From an uncultured Planctomycetota bacterium (GTDB taxonomy: Bacteria; Planctomycetota; Planctomycetia; Isosphaerales; Isosphaeraceae): a DNA stretch of 64,000 nt. The DNA is taken from the NCBI GenBank assembly GCA_963845755.1, contig CAWJTV010000034.1:256001-320000 (forward strand), in the 5' to 3' direction. Position numbers and translations under genes: made by a program. The notes below the pieces were generated by a model. The model was given only the letters and a program-made list of their open reading frames with translations, was not told the DNA's origin and did no database searches. Positions within the stretch are counted from its first letter, which is position 1. Each line of letters starts with the position of its first letter. Below are positions 53,325 through 62,560 of the stretch, piece by piece.

Positions 53325-54491
53325 GTGGCCAAGAAGAAGAAAGTTCGCGTCGCCCTGCGGAAGAACCGTCAGAAGCGGACGCGGTCCAACGACCTGACCC
53401 GCCAGTTCCGCCACGACGAGCCGGGCGCGGGTGCCATGCCGTTGACCGATCGCGTGCGGCCCCGTGGTGAGCTCTCGCGACACCGGACGATCATCGAGGA
53501 GGTCGGTGCGGCCGTCGATCGCGAGTCAGCGGGTCTATCTCCGGACGCCGCGGCCACCCGTGCCCTGGACCCGGAAGCGTGCCTGCAGGGCCGCGTCCTC
53601 TGCGTTCATGGACTGGTCCTGATGGTTCGGGCCGACGACGGTCGGACTTATCCCTGCCATGTCCGTGGGCTTCTGAGGAACCTGGCCATCGAGGGCCGGA
53701 ACATCGTCACGGTGGGAGATCGTGTCTGGTTCCGGCCGAACGGCTCTGCCGGCGCCGAGGGGATGATCGAACGAGTCGAGTCTCGCCACGGCGTGATCAC
53801 CCGCGGTTATCGCAACCGACAGCAGGTCATTGCCGCCAACGTCGACCAGGTGCTGATTGTCTCGGCCCTGGCTGAGCCGGGCTTAAAACTCGGCCTGGTC
53901 GACCGCTATCTCGTATCGGCCGAGATCGGCGGCGTCCGCCCGGTCGTCGTCCTCAATAAGGCCGACCTCGTCGAGTTGGCGACCTACCAGTGGGTGATCG
54001 GACTCTACTCCCAACTTGGCTATGAGACCGTGGTGACCTCCGTGGCCGACGGCCGCGGCATCGACCGCCTTCGGGCCCTGGTCTCGCAGGGTGTCACGGC
54101 TGTCACCGGCCAGAGCGGCGTAGGCAAGAGCTCCCTCTTGAACGTCATCCAGCCGGGCTTGAATCTGAGGGTCCGCGAGGTTTCCGATTGGACCTTCAAA
54201 GGGAAGCACACGACCACCACCGCCGAGCTCATCGAGCTTGAAGCCGGCGGCTTCGTCGTGGACACGCCCGGCCTTCGACAGTTCGAGCTCTGGGGAGTCG
54301 TCCCTGGCGAGCTGGAAGCCTATTTCGTCGAGTTCCGTCCCTACATCCCTCATTGCCGCTTCCCCGACTGCTCGCATACCCATGAAACCGGCTGCGCCGT
54401 CAAGGAGGCCCTCTACTGGGGCCAGATTCACCCTGGGCGATATGAGAGCTATCGTAAGCTCTACGATCAACAGCCGCTGCCCGGAGATTGA
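53325..54491 (+). CDS. rsgA: Ribosome small subunit-dependent GTPase A
   Basis: VGDRV, IAANVDQV, NKAD, GQSGVGKSS, GKHTT, DTPG, CRFPDCSHTHETGC zinc site. Confidence 0.95.
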   Translation: MAKKKKVRVALRKNRQKRTRSNDLTRQFRHDEPGAGAMPLTDRVRPRGELSRHRTIIEEVGAAVDRESAGLSPDAAATRALDPEACLQGRVLCVHGLVLMVRADDGRTYPCHVRGLLRNLAIEGRNIVTVGDRVWFRPNGSAGAEGMIERVESRHGVITRGYRNRQQVIAANVDQVLIVSALAEPGLKLGLVDRYLVSAEIGGVRPVVVLNKADLVELATYQWVIGLYSQLGYETVVTSVADGRGIDRLRALVSQGVTAVTGQSGVGKSSLLNVIQPGLNLRVREVSDWTFKGKHTTTTAELIELEAGGFVVDTPGLRQFELWGVVPGELEAYFVEFRPYIPHCRFPDCSHTHETGCAVKEALYWGQIHPGRYESYRKLYDQQPLPGD

Positions 54492-54895
54492 ACGAAGACC
54501 AGTGGGGCCGAACTCCCTCCAAGTCGGCCAGGCCCCTTCGCGTCAAGGCTCGTTCGGTCCAGAATCGCCCTCGTGAACGAAATCATTCGGATTGCGCGGC
54601 GCGAATCCGGGATCGAATGCGACTCCTAATCTGGGAGGGTCGAGCGTGTATCGACTTGGACGAGCACCTTCCTGTCCATCATCCATGTGCCTGCCCCTCC
54701 GAGGCTGGGGCTCGCCCCAGACCAATCCGACGATCTGACGGTCATCCTACTCTCAAGTCGGCGTCTTCCGCGGTATCGGCGCGGCGACCGGGGAGACGAC
54801 GTCGCCGAGGGGATGGGATTCGCCCCGTCCCGCACGGGAAGTGAACTCTGGCTACGCGTTCCTGATACAACTCTGAAGTTATGGAGCTTCTCTAA

Positions 54896-56038
54896 ATGCC
54901 GTATGATCATCCTTCGACGATCCGATCATCACCGTGCCGGTCCGACGGTGTTCTGGAGCAGGTCGGGATCTGCGGAACGCGGGTATCGCGGGTGGCCAGA
55001 AAGTACCTGGTCGCCGCGGTCCTCATTCCGGCCGCGGCGGTCGCCTGGTGTGATCTCTCAGGTCCTCCGGCGCCGGCGCCCGGCGAGCTGGCGCTGGCTG
55101 GCCACACCGGCCTTGTGGAAGCGGTGACCTTCTCGCCCGACGGGGAAATCCTTGCTTCCTGCGGCTGGGACTATACGGTCCGGCTCTGGCAACTCGCCCA
55201 CGGTGATGGCGGGGAGGCAGGCGGCCCTGTGGTGCTGTCCCATGAGTCGACGCGGTTCGCAACGGCCTTCTCACCCGATGGTTCGCTCCTGGTCTCGGCG
55301 GGGGACCAATCGTTGACGGTCTGGTCCTGCCGTCCGGATTATCGACGGAGCGTGGAACGCGTCGGTGAGTCCTACCACGCTCTGTCCTTCTCACCAGACG
55401 GGCAGACCTTGGCCCTGGGCGCGGAGGATGGCAGGATCCACCTCTGGGAGATGCCCTCGGCACGAGAGCGGATGGTCTTGCTCGGACAAACCGACGCGGT
55501 TCGGAGTGTGGGCTTCTCACCCGACGGGAAGCTGCTGGTCTCATTGAGCCAGACAGGCCGCGTGGTTCTCTGGGACGTGATCCGGGGCACCGAATCGCGC
55601 GTCCTCGCCGCGGCATGCCCCACCAAGGTTCGATCGGTAGCGTTCTCGCCGGACGGCCAGAGGTTGGCCCTCGGCAAGCTCAACTCGACGGCCCAGGATA
55701 TCCTCCTGGTCGACGTGCACACCGGCGAGATCAAGACTCGCCTGACGGGTCATCATCTCGGCATCAACGCCCTGGCTTTCTCGCCGGATGGCCGCACGCT
55801 GGCGTCCGCCGGGGTCGAGCGCTGCATCAAGCTGTGGGATCTCGGGACCGCCCAGGAGGTGGCCACTCTGAAGGATAACGTCGGCTGTGTGAAGTCAATC
55901 GCGTTCTCGCCCGACGGGAGTCGGATGGCCTTTTCCGGCAACGACGAATCAATCCGGCTTCGTGCCATGACGCCTAAAGAGCCGCAGGTCGCGCGCCTCC
56001 CCGCTGTCCAGGACCGGGAAACTCAAGTGGGGATCTGA
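54896..56038 (+). CDS. WD40-repeat protein; start uncertain
   Basis: Seven FSPDG-containing repeats, for example GHTGLVEAVTFSPDGEILASCGWDYTVRLW. Confidence 0.88.
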   Translation: MPYDHPSTIRSSPCRSDGVLEQVGICGTRVSRVARKYLVAAVLIPAAAVAWCDLSGPPAPAPGELALAGHTGLVEAVTFSPDGEILASCGWDYTVRLWQLAHGDGGEAGGPVVLSHESTRFATAFSPDGSLLVSAGDQSLTVWSCRPDYRRSVERVGESYHALSFSPDGQTLALGAEDGRIHLWEMPSARERMVLLGQTDAVRSVGFSPDGKLLVSLSQTGRVVLWDVIRGTESRVLAAACPTKVRSVAFSPDGQRLALGKLNSTAQDILLVDVHTGEIKTRLTGHHLGINALAFSPDGRTLASAGVERCIKLWDLGTAQEVATLKDNVGCVKSIAFSPDGSRMAFSGNDESIRLRAMTPKEPQVARLPAVQDRETQVGI

Positions 56039-56175
56039 GGTTCGATCCGGACGATCTGGTTGCCGGTCGGGATACGCTTCGGAGATACTCGACAGGACGG
56101 CGCCGATCGTGAACCCTGGGATAGCGGTCCCCGAGTGAGTCTCGCGGTCGCCGTCGCCGACGGAGATCGAGCCCA

Positions 56176-56835
56176 ATGCGCCTCCTGGTCGTCAGTGACT
56201 TGCACGGTGATCTGGACTGCGTACGGCGTGCCTGCGATCGCGTGGGACCCGACGGGATTCTCTCGTGCGGCGATTGGGGCGACCCCGAGCAAGTCGATGC
56301 GTCCACGTTTGCGGCCTTGCTCGACGCAGCACCCGTTTACACGACGTTCGGAAACCACGATCCCATGGACCTGCTGGCCCGGTCGCGGAACCGCGATGGT
56401 ACGCCGGTCCTGCTGGGACAGGGCGTGTCGCGCGCGATCTCGGGTCTCCGGCTGGCGGCCATCGGTGGGATCTGGGCCAAGTCGCATGCGAAGCCGCACT
56501 ACGTCACCGATGCCGACGTGGCCGAGATGGCGGACCGAATCTCACAAACCGGACCGATCGATATCCTGATCACCCACGGTTGCCCGATTGGGCTGGCCGA
56601 CCTCACGCCCTCGGGGCGGCATGGCGGCCAGCGCTGCTTCCTCGAAGCGAACAAGACCATCATGCCCCGTCTTCATCTGTGCGGACACCTGCACCTGGCC
56701 CAGGAACGGACTCTCAAGAACGGACAACACGTTATCAACGTCGGCGCCACGCCCGAGGGGTCGATAGCCATAGTGGAATTCGACCAGGAACAAGGAAGTT
56801 TGCTGGCGCGGCTGGAGCAAGTCCCCATATCGTGA
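56176..56835 (+). CDS. Metallophosphoesterase (calcineurin-like)
   Basis: SDLHG, CGD, GNHD, ITHG, CGHLH motifs. Confidence 0.92.
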   Translation: MRLLVVSDLHGDLDCVRRACDRVGPDGILSCGDWGDPEQVDASTFAALLDAAPVYTTFGNHDPMDLLARSRNRDGTPVLLGQGVSRAISGLRLAAIGGIWAKSHAKPHYVTDADVAEMADRISQTGPIDILITHGCPIGLADLTPSGRHGGQRCFLEANKTIMPRLHLCGHLHLAQERTLKNGQHVINVGATPEGSIAIVEFDQEQGSLLARLEQVPIS

Positions 56836-56851
56836 TACGCGATGATCGAAC

Positions 56852-57502
56852 TCACTTCGGCAATTCGGGCTTCTGCGTCAGGATTGTGGTGACATCCACG
56901 GAAATGCGAGGCAAGAGTTTCGACTTGGCCCGCGTCCCGTTGAGGAAGCGGCCGTGTACGGTGTAGGTCTTCTGCCTCGACTTGAGCACCAGCACAGTGA
57001 TCATTTCTTTCTCGGGGTCGGCGATCCAGTATTCGGGGATGCCGGCCCGGGCGTACTCGTCCCGTTTCTTCTCGAGGTCATGTGCGCGATTGTCTTCGCC
57101 GACGACCTCGATGACGAGATCGACTTTCTTGCAGTATTGCTTCCCGATTCCCGACATGTGCTCAGCCTTGATGAACAAGATGTCCGGCTCGCGGTACTTA
57201 CGGCGTCTTATTTGCACTTTGTAACCCGAGAGGATGACAATCCCCAACTTCCCAGCCTTGACGAAAGTGTCTAGCTCCCTGAAAAGGAATTGCAAGATGA
57301 GTTGGTGATCGATCGTCGGCATCGGCACGAATTCCAGGTAGCCATCGGAAAACTCGATCTTATGATTCGTCGGCAGCGCGAAGAATTCCTCCTCGGACCA
57401 CTGGCCCTGCGGAGGGAACAATCGTGCGATCTCCCACGTCGGCTGCGGGTCCGGCAATTCTCGGGTCGGTTTCCGCCTGGACCTCTTCGTAACGGTTGCC
57501 AT
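56852..57502 (-). CDS. Uma2/DUF820-family putative endonuclease
   Basis: IEFSDG, PTIDHQ, REPDILF, DLVIEV, KRDEYARAGIPEYWIADP. Confidence 0.92.
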   Translation of the reverse strand: MATVTKRSRRKPTRELPDPQPTWEIARLFPPQGQWSEEEFFALPTNHKIEFSDGYLEFVPMPTIDHQLILQFLFRELDTFVKAGKLGIVILSGYKVQIRRRKYREPDILFIKAEHMSGIGKQYCKKVDLVIEVVGEDNRAHDLEKKRDEYARAGIPEYWIADPEKEMITVLVLKSRQKTYTVHGRFLNGTRAKSKLLPRISVDVTTILTQKPELPK

Positions 57503-57654
57503 GGTCAAGGTCTCCGGGAGAAAGCCGCTATTCTGTCCACGGGAGTGGTCCCCAGCCGGGTCCTTCAACGAGCCTCATGTGTGGGTTGCCCTGATCGACG
57601 CGTCTCGAGGACTGCGAGGTCGGCGCCGTCATGGCGCCGACCTCGTGGTCGATC

Positions 57655-59127
57655 TTAGCCGTGGCCATAACCGCGGTCGAACGCTTCGAGATCCCGCATG
57701 TAGGCCCCGTAAGTGGTGCGGAACGTGTCATAGTCGATGGTCCAGCGCGGGGCGTCCTCGGTGTGCCGGTGACAGTGTTCCTCGATCAACCGGTGCAGGA
57801 ACTTGAAGAGGTGACGCGGCGTGCGGAGGTTTGCCAGCGATTCCTTGAGGTAATCATCGCTGATGGCGTCGTCGATAAACTTGCGGAGCCGGGGTGCCTC
57901 ACCGTTGTTCGCCGGCTCGGGGTGGCAGGCACGGAGTCGGTCGGTAGCCAGGTCATAGAGCGACGGCCCGGTCCAGCGCAGGGGCTTGATCATGTTGAGT
58001 TTGTCGGGGCGAGCGCGGTCGTAGAACTCCTTGTCTTCCTTCTCGAGATAATAGGCTAGCTCGATGGGTAGCAGGAGTTTCACGCCGATGCCCGGATGAC
58101 GAAGGAACTTATGGTCCAGGAGCGGCCAGATCAAAGCGCGCATCTTGCGGGGATCTCCCTCGACTTGTTGCGGCTCATCGACCCGATCGATCAGGACGAC
58201 GATGCCCGCGTAGCCCAGCGTGTGCAGGACGCCCTGGAACTTGCGCAGGAGTTCATAGCGCTCCTCGGCGCCCAGCCGTGAGGCATTGGGCAAGGGCTGG
58301 CCGCCCAGTTCGGAGGGCTTGAACCAGAGCAACTCCCAGCGCAGCGCCGACGGGTCTCGGTTGAGCACGCGCAGGCCTTTGCGGATGTCGCGTGCGAACC
58401 ACTCCGCGCGGGCCAGCCGCCAGGTCCAGTAGAGCCAGCTCGCCAGGATCGGGGCCAGCAGCCACGGGAGAAAACTCCACTTCATCAGCCACGGAGCGAT
58501 CGCGATCAGCCCGATCACCAGGAGCGTCGTGCCGAATCCGATTTGCAGATCGCGGCGGGTCCAGAGAGGACGGAATCCTGACCGACGTCGCAGACGGCTC
58601 CATCGCCGCGCGATCGGCTCGCCCGTCGAGGCATCGTAGAGGGCCGCGAGCAGGAGAAGATCCCGGCGCTGATCCAGGCTCAGGACCGAAAGGTCCACTT
58701 TTTCGCTAGTCAGCAAGTCAACCAGATGCGTCACCCCCAGCGATAACAGGGCATCCATGTGATCCGACAGCCGCCACTTCGCCAGGACCTGATCCATGTC
58801 CGACGCCCGCATCGCGGCACGACAGTTGTCCAGATAGGGGTTGAAATCGTCGTAGGAGATGACGAAGACCCGCTCCCCCTGGTTGTTCTGATTGTAGGTT
58901 TCCATCTCGGAGTTGGCCTGGAGCCGAAGCGCCGTCTTGCCGCTCCCCTTCTCGCCGAATACCAGCGCCGTGGACGGGTCGGCCGGGCTGCCGAAGAACT
59001 TGTTCCACGCAGGGTGGTGGATCGTCGCCAGGCACCGTCGCTTGAACACGGTGTCCGTCTGTGCATCCTCTTCACTGAACGGGTTGCCGACGATCCCATG
59101 ATGTCGAAAGAATTGTTCCAACTTCAT
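57655..59127 (-). CDS. Uncharacterised P-loop NTPase-like protein with an internal pair of membrane helices
   Basis: GNPF N-terminal motif, VFGEKGSGKT Walker A, hydrophobic hairpin, IVVLIDRVDE Walker B-like, TPRHLF. Confidence 0.75.
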   Translation of the reverse strand: MKLEQFFRHHGIVGNPFSEEDAQTDTVFKRRCLATIHHPAWNKFFGSPADPSTALVFGEKGSGKTALRLQANSEMETYNQNNQGERVFVISYDDFNPYLDNCRAAMRASDMDQVLAKWRLSDHMDALLSLGVTHLVDLLTSEKVDLSVLSLDQRRDLLLLAALYDASTGEPIARRWSRLRRRSGFRPLWTRRDLQIGFGTTLLVIGLIAIAPWLMKWSFLPWLLAPILASWLYWTWRLARAEWFARDIRKGLRVLNRDPSALRWELLWFKPSELGGQPLPNASRLGAEERYELLRKFQGVLHTLGYAGIVVLIDRVDEPQQVEGDPRKMRALIWPLLDHKFLRHPGIGVKLLLPIELAYYLEKEDKEFYDRARPDKLNMIKPLRWTGPSLYDLATDRLRACHPEPANNGEAPRLRKFIDDAISDDYLKESLANLRTPRHLFKFLHRLIEEHCHRHTEDAPRWTIDYDTFRTTYGAYMRDLEAFDRGYGHG

Positions 59128-59346
59128 CCTTGCCTGGGCCTTTCCTGTATCAGTTCGACCGGAGATGATCGAGTACGGTGACGCGACCTCCCCGGTCCGT
59201 GGTTGACCGCTACAACCGACAACATTGTAGCTTTTCGTCTTACCTGATTCGTTCCTGAGCCGCAATCTGAGGCGGTTGACCGTCCCGAGCCTCCCACCAT
59301 ACGATGCGTGAGGATCTCACCCGAACCATCGAGAGGAATCGGCCCG

Positions 59347-60262
59347 ATGACACGACCTGGTCGAATGTTGCGTCGGAAAAACCCCTGGGCGCGGGCTTGG
59401 GTGATGGCGCTGATGGCGCTATGGTCCTTCGGCTGTGGAAGCTCGCGGGTCGATCTTCCGGCAGGGGGACGTCAACCAGACCTCGGACCGGCCACCAGGT
59501 CCGGCTCGGGGACTCCCTTACGAATTGCGGCGGCGAGCGACTTGCAGATGGCTCTCCCCAAGTTATTGGATCGTTTCGAAGCTCTTACCGGCATGGCGTC
59601 AACGCCGGTGTTCCTCGCATCCGGTCAACTGGCCGAGCAGATCAAGCAAGGTGCGCCCTTCGACGTATTCATGGCGGCCAACGAGTCGTTCGTGCGCGAC
59701 CTGGCCGATCGCGGATTGATCCGTGGAGATTCGGTCCATCCGTATGCACGCGGATCCCTGGTCCTGGCGGTGTATCACGAACTGGGCGATACGGTCCGCT
59801 CGCTGTCCGACCTGAAGAAGCCCGAGGTCAAGAAGATCGCACTGGCCAACCCGGCCACTGCGCCGTATGGCAAGGCGGGGAGGCAGGCACTGGAGCGGGC
59901 CGGACTCTGGCAGCAGCTACAGCCCAAGATCGTCCAGGCCGAGTCGGTCCGCCAGGCCCTGCTCTATGCTCAGAAGGGTGATGCGGAGGCCGCATTGGTC
60001 GGCCGCGGCCATTGCAACGGTCCCCGAGATCCGCCCTGTTGACGTCGATGCCGACCTCTATGATCCCATCGTGCAGGCGCTGGGGATCGTGACGGACTCG
60101 TCGCGGACGACCGACGCCGAGGCATTTGCGACGTTCGTCTTGGGTGATGACGGGCAGTCGATCTTGAAGCAATTTGGATTCAAGCCGGCTGAGGCAAGGA
60201 TCGCGGGCGCCTCCGGAAAGGCTGCAAGCGTTCTTCCGGAGTACGCGGACAAGAAACCATGA
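59347..60262 (+). CDS. modA: Molybdate ABC transporter substrate-binding lipoprotein; frameshift near 60005
   Basis: LWSFGC lipobox, IAAASDL, ASGQLAEQIKQGAPFDVFMAAN, IALANPATAPYGKA, YDPIVQ, ILKQFGF. Confidence 0.88.
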
Positions 60263-60925
60263 GCGACCTCGAACCCTTCTGGCGCTCGCTGCATGTCGCC
60301 ACGCTAGCGACGTTGCTGATCGTCGCAGTGGGACTCCCGGCGTCGTTGCTTCTGGCGCGGGCGATTCCCCGGCAAGTCCCTGGTGGCCGGCATCCTGGTC
60401 TTACCACTGGTCCTGCCACCGACCGTCCTGGGCTTTTATTTGCTCCAGGTCCTGGGTCGTCGCGCCTGGCTAGGACACTGGCTCGAGCAGTCGCTGGGAA
60501 TCACGATCGTCTTCCACTGGTCGGGGGCCGTCGTGGCTTCGGCGGTGGCGGCGTTTCCGCTATTCTTGCTGCCGGCGCGCGGAGCGTTTGAATCGGTTGA
60601 CCCGACGCTGGAGGACGTGGCCCGGTTGCTGGGGCGGAGCGAAGCGTCGGTGTTCCTCGCGGTGACGTTGCCCCTGGCCTGGCGCGGGCTGGCTGCGGGA
60701 ATCGTGCTGGCCTTTGCCCGGGCGCTGGGCGACTTCGGCGCGACCCTGATGGTCGCGGGTAACATCCCCGGCCTGACGCAGACCGCGGCACTGGCAATCT
60801 ATGACGCGGTCCAGATCAACGATATGGCAACAGCCGGCCGGCTCACGCTCTTGATCTCGCTAATCGCGATCGTGGCCTTGGTGGTCGTCCAGCGTAGTCT
60901 GCCGGCGCGAAGGATGGTTCGGTGA
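60259..60925 (+). CDS. modB: Molybdate ABC transporter permease; frameshift near 60375
   Basis: [44 protein letters not shown]. Confidence 0.9.
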
Positions 60926-62031
60926 GTGCTCCGCCCGGCGAGGTCCTGGATGTCCACCTGATCCACCGGGTTCATCCTGCGCTCTTGCTCGAGGTGTCGC
61001 TCCGGCTCGGTCGCGAGATTGGCGTCGTATTCGGTCCGTCGGGGGCCGGCAAGACCACTTTACTCCGCCTGATCGCGGGACTGATCACGCCCCAGCAGGG
61101 TCATGTGCGCCTCGAGAGCGAGACACTTTTCGATGCGGCAAGCCGCGTCAATCAACCGCTACGACGGCGCCGGACAGGCATGATCTTCCAGGACGATTGC
61201 TTGTTCCCCCACCTGACCGTTGCCGCGAACATCCGATTCGGGCTCAAGGGCTGGACGGGTGACCTGGCCGAGGCCCGGCAGGCGGAGGTCGCCACACTCT
61301 GTGGGGTGGAGCGGCTGATGGATCGCGTCCCGTCGACGCTCTCCGGCGGCGAGCGACAGCGCGTGGGCCTGGCGCGGGCGCTGGCGCCGCGGCCCCGGCT
61401 GTTGCTCTGCGACGAGCCCGTCTCGGCGCTCGATCTGTCCAATCGCCACGCGATCCTCGATCGCTTGGCGCCGTCCAGCGCGTCGAGGCGATCCCCGTAC
61501 TCTACGTGACCCACAGCGCGTCCGAGGCCATCGCGCCTGGGATCCCGACTGTTCCTGCTGGAGCAAGGGCGGATCGTCCTCGAAGGTCCTCCCCTGGATG
61601 TCCTGAGCCAGGCGAGACGACCCGTGGACGGGTCGATCTCGTTTGAGGGTGTTCAAAACGTCTTCCCGGCTCGAATCGAGAGTCATCTCCCCGAGCACAG
61701 AGCCAGCCGGCTCCGGATCGTCGACGGGCCGGAACTCTTGGTCGGAACCCTCAACTGGCCGGCCGGCAGCCGGGTGGTCGTCGAGATCCGGGCCGACGAC
61801 ATCTTGCTCGCCCGACACGCCATCGACGGCCTCTCCGCGCGCAACCAGATCCCCGGAACGGTCGAACGGATCGTCCCCCACGGACCGGAAGTCGAAGCCG
61901 TCGTCCGCACGGGCGAGCTCCGCTGGGTCGTCAGCCTCGTCGCCTCGGCCGTCGAACAGCTCGACCTCCTGCCAGGCTCCGATGTCCACCTGATCGTCAA
62001 GGCGCGGAGCTGCCACGTCCGGGATGACTGA
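60922..62031 (+). CDS. modC: Molybdate ABC transporter ATP-binding protein with TOBE domain; two compensating frameshifts near 61467 and 61536
   Basis: [24 protein letters not shown], off-frame LYVTH, C-terminal [10 protein letters not shown]...IVKA. Confidence 0.9.
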
Positions 62032-62079
62032 CCCCGAACTCCCATCGCGAGCGACACTCCGAAGCCTTTCATTTCCCGC

Positions 62080-62133
62080 TTGACAATCGTCCGATCTTGA
62101 GTACGATAAAACCAAATCTAAAAAACCAAATCT
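62080..62133 (+). promoter_or_regulatory. Sigma70-type promoter with a downstream 12-bp direct repeat (putative operator)
   Basis: TTGACA (62080)-16 bp-TACGAT (62102); aaaaccaaatct at 62108 and 62122. Confidence 0.6.
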
Positions 62134-62170
62134 CGATTTCGGGTTCGATTTCTGATGAAGGAGGGTCCTC

Positions 62171-62560
62171 ATGGCGCGACCGCCGGCCAGGGAGCTGACG
62201 GAGCGTGAGCTCGAAGTGATGCACGTCCTGTGGCATCGCGGGGAGTCGACGGTAGCCGAGGTGCGCGATGCGATGGCGGCCGAGGGGCTGGATCGCGCGT
62301 ATACGACGATCGCGACGCTCGTGCGAATCCTCACGGACAAGGGGTTCCTGATCCAGACCAACGAGGAGCGACCGTTCTCGTACCGGGCGGCGCGGTCGTA
62401 CGAAGACGTTTCGAGGAAGCTGCTGGGCGAGCTGATCGATCGGGTCTTCCGCGGCTCGCGCGAGCTGTTGCTGGTTCGGCTGATGGAACAGAAGTCGCTG
62501 ACGGCGAAGGAGCGGACCTTGCTGGAAGAGATCCTGCGCCAACGGGAGAAACGACGATGA
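62171..62560 (+). CDS. BlaI/MecI/CopY-family transcriptional repressor
   Basis: LTERELEVMHVLW, AYTTIATLVRILTDKGF, LIDRVFRGS. Confidence 0.92.
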   Translation: MARPPARELTERELEVMHVLWHRGESTVAEVRDAMAAEGLDRAYTTIATLVRILTDKGFLIQTNEERPFSYRAARSYEDVSRKLLGELIDRVFRGSRELLLVRLMEQKSLTAKERTLLEEILRQREKRR

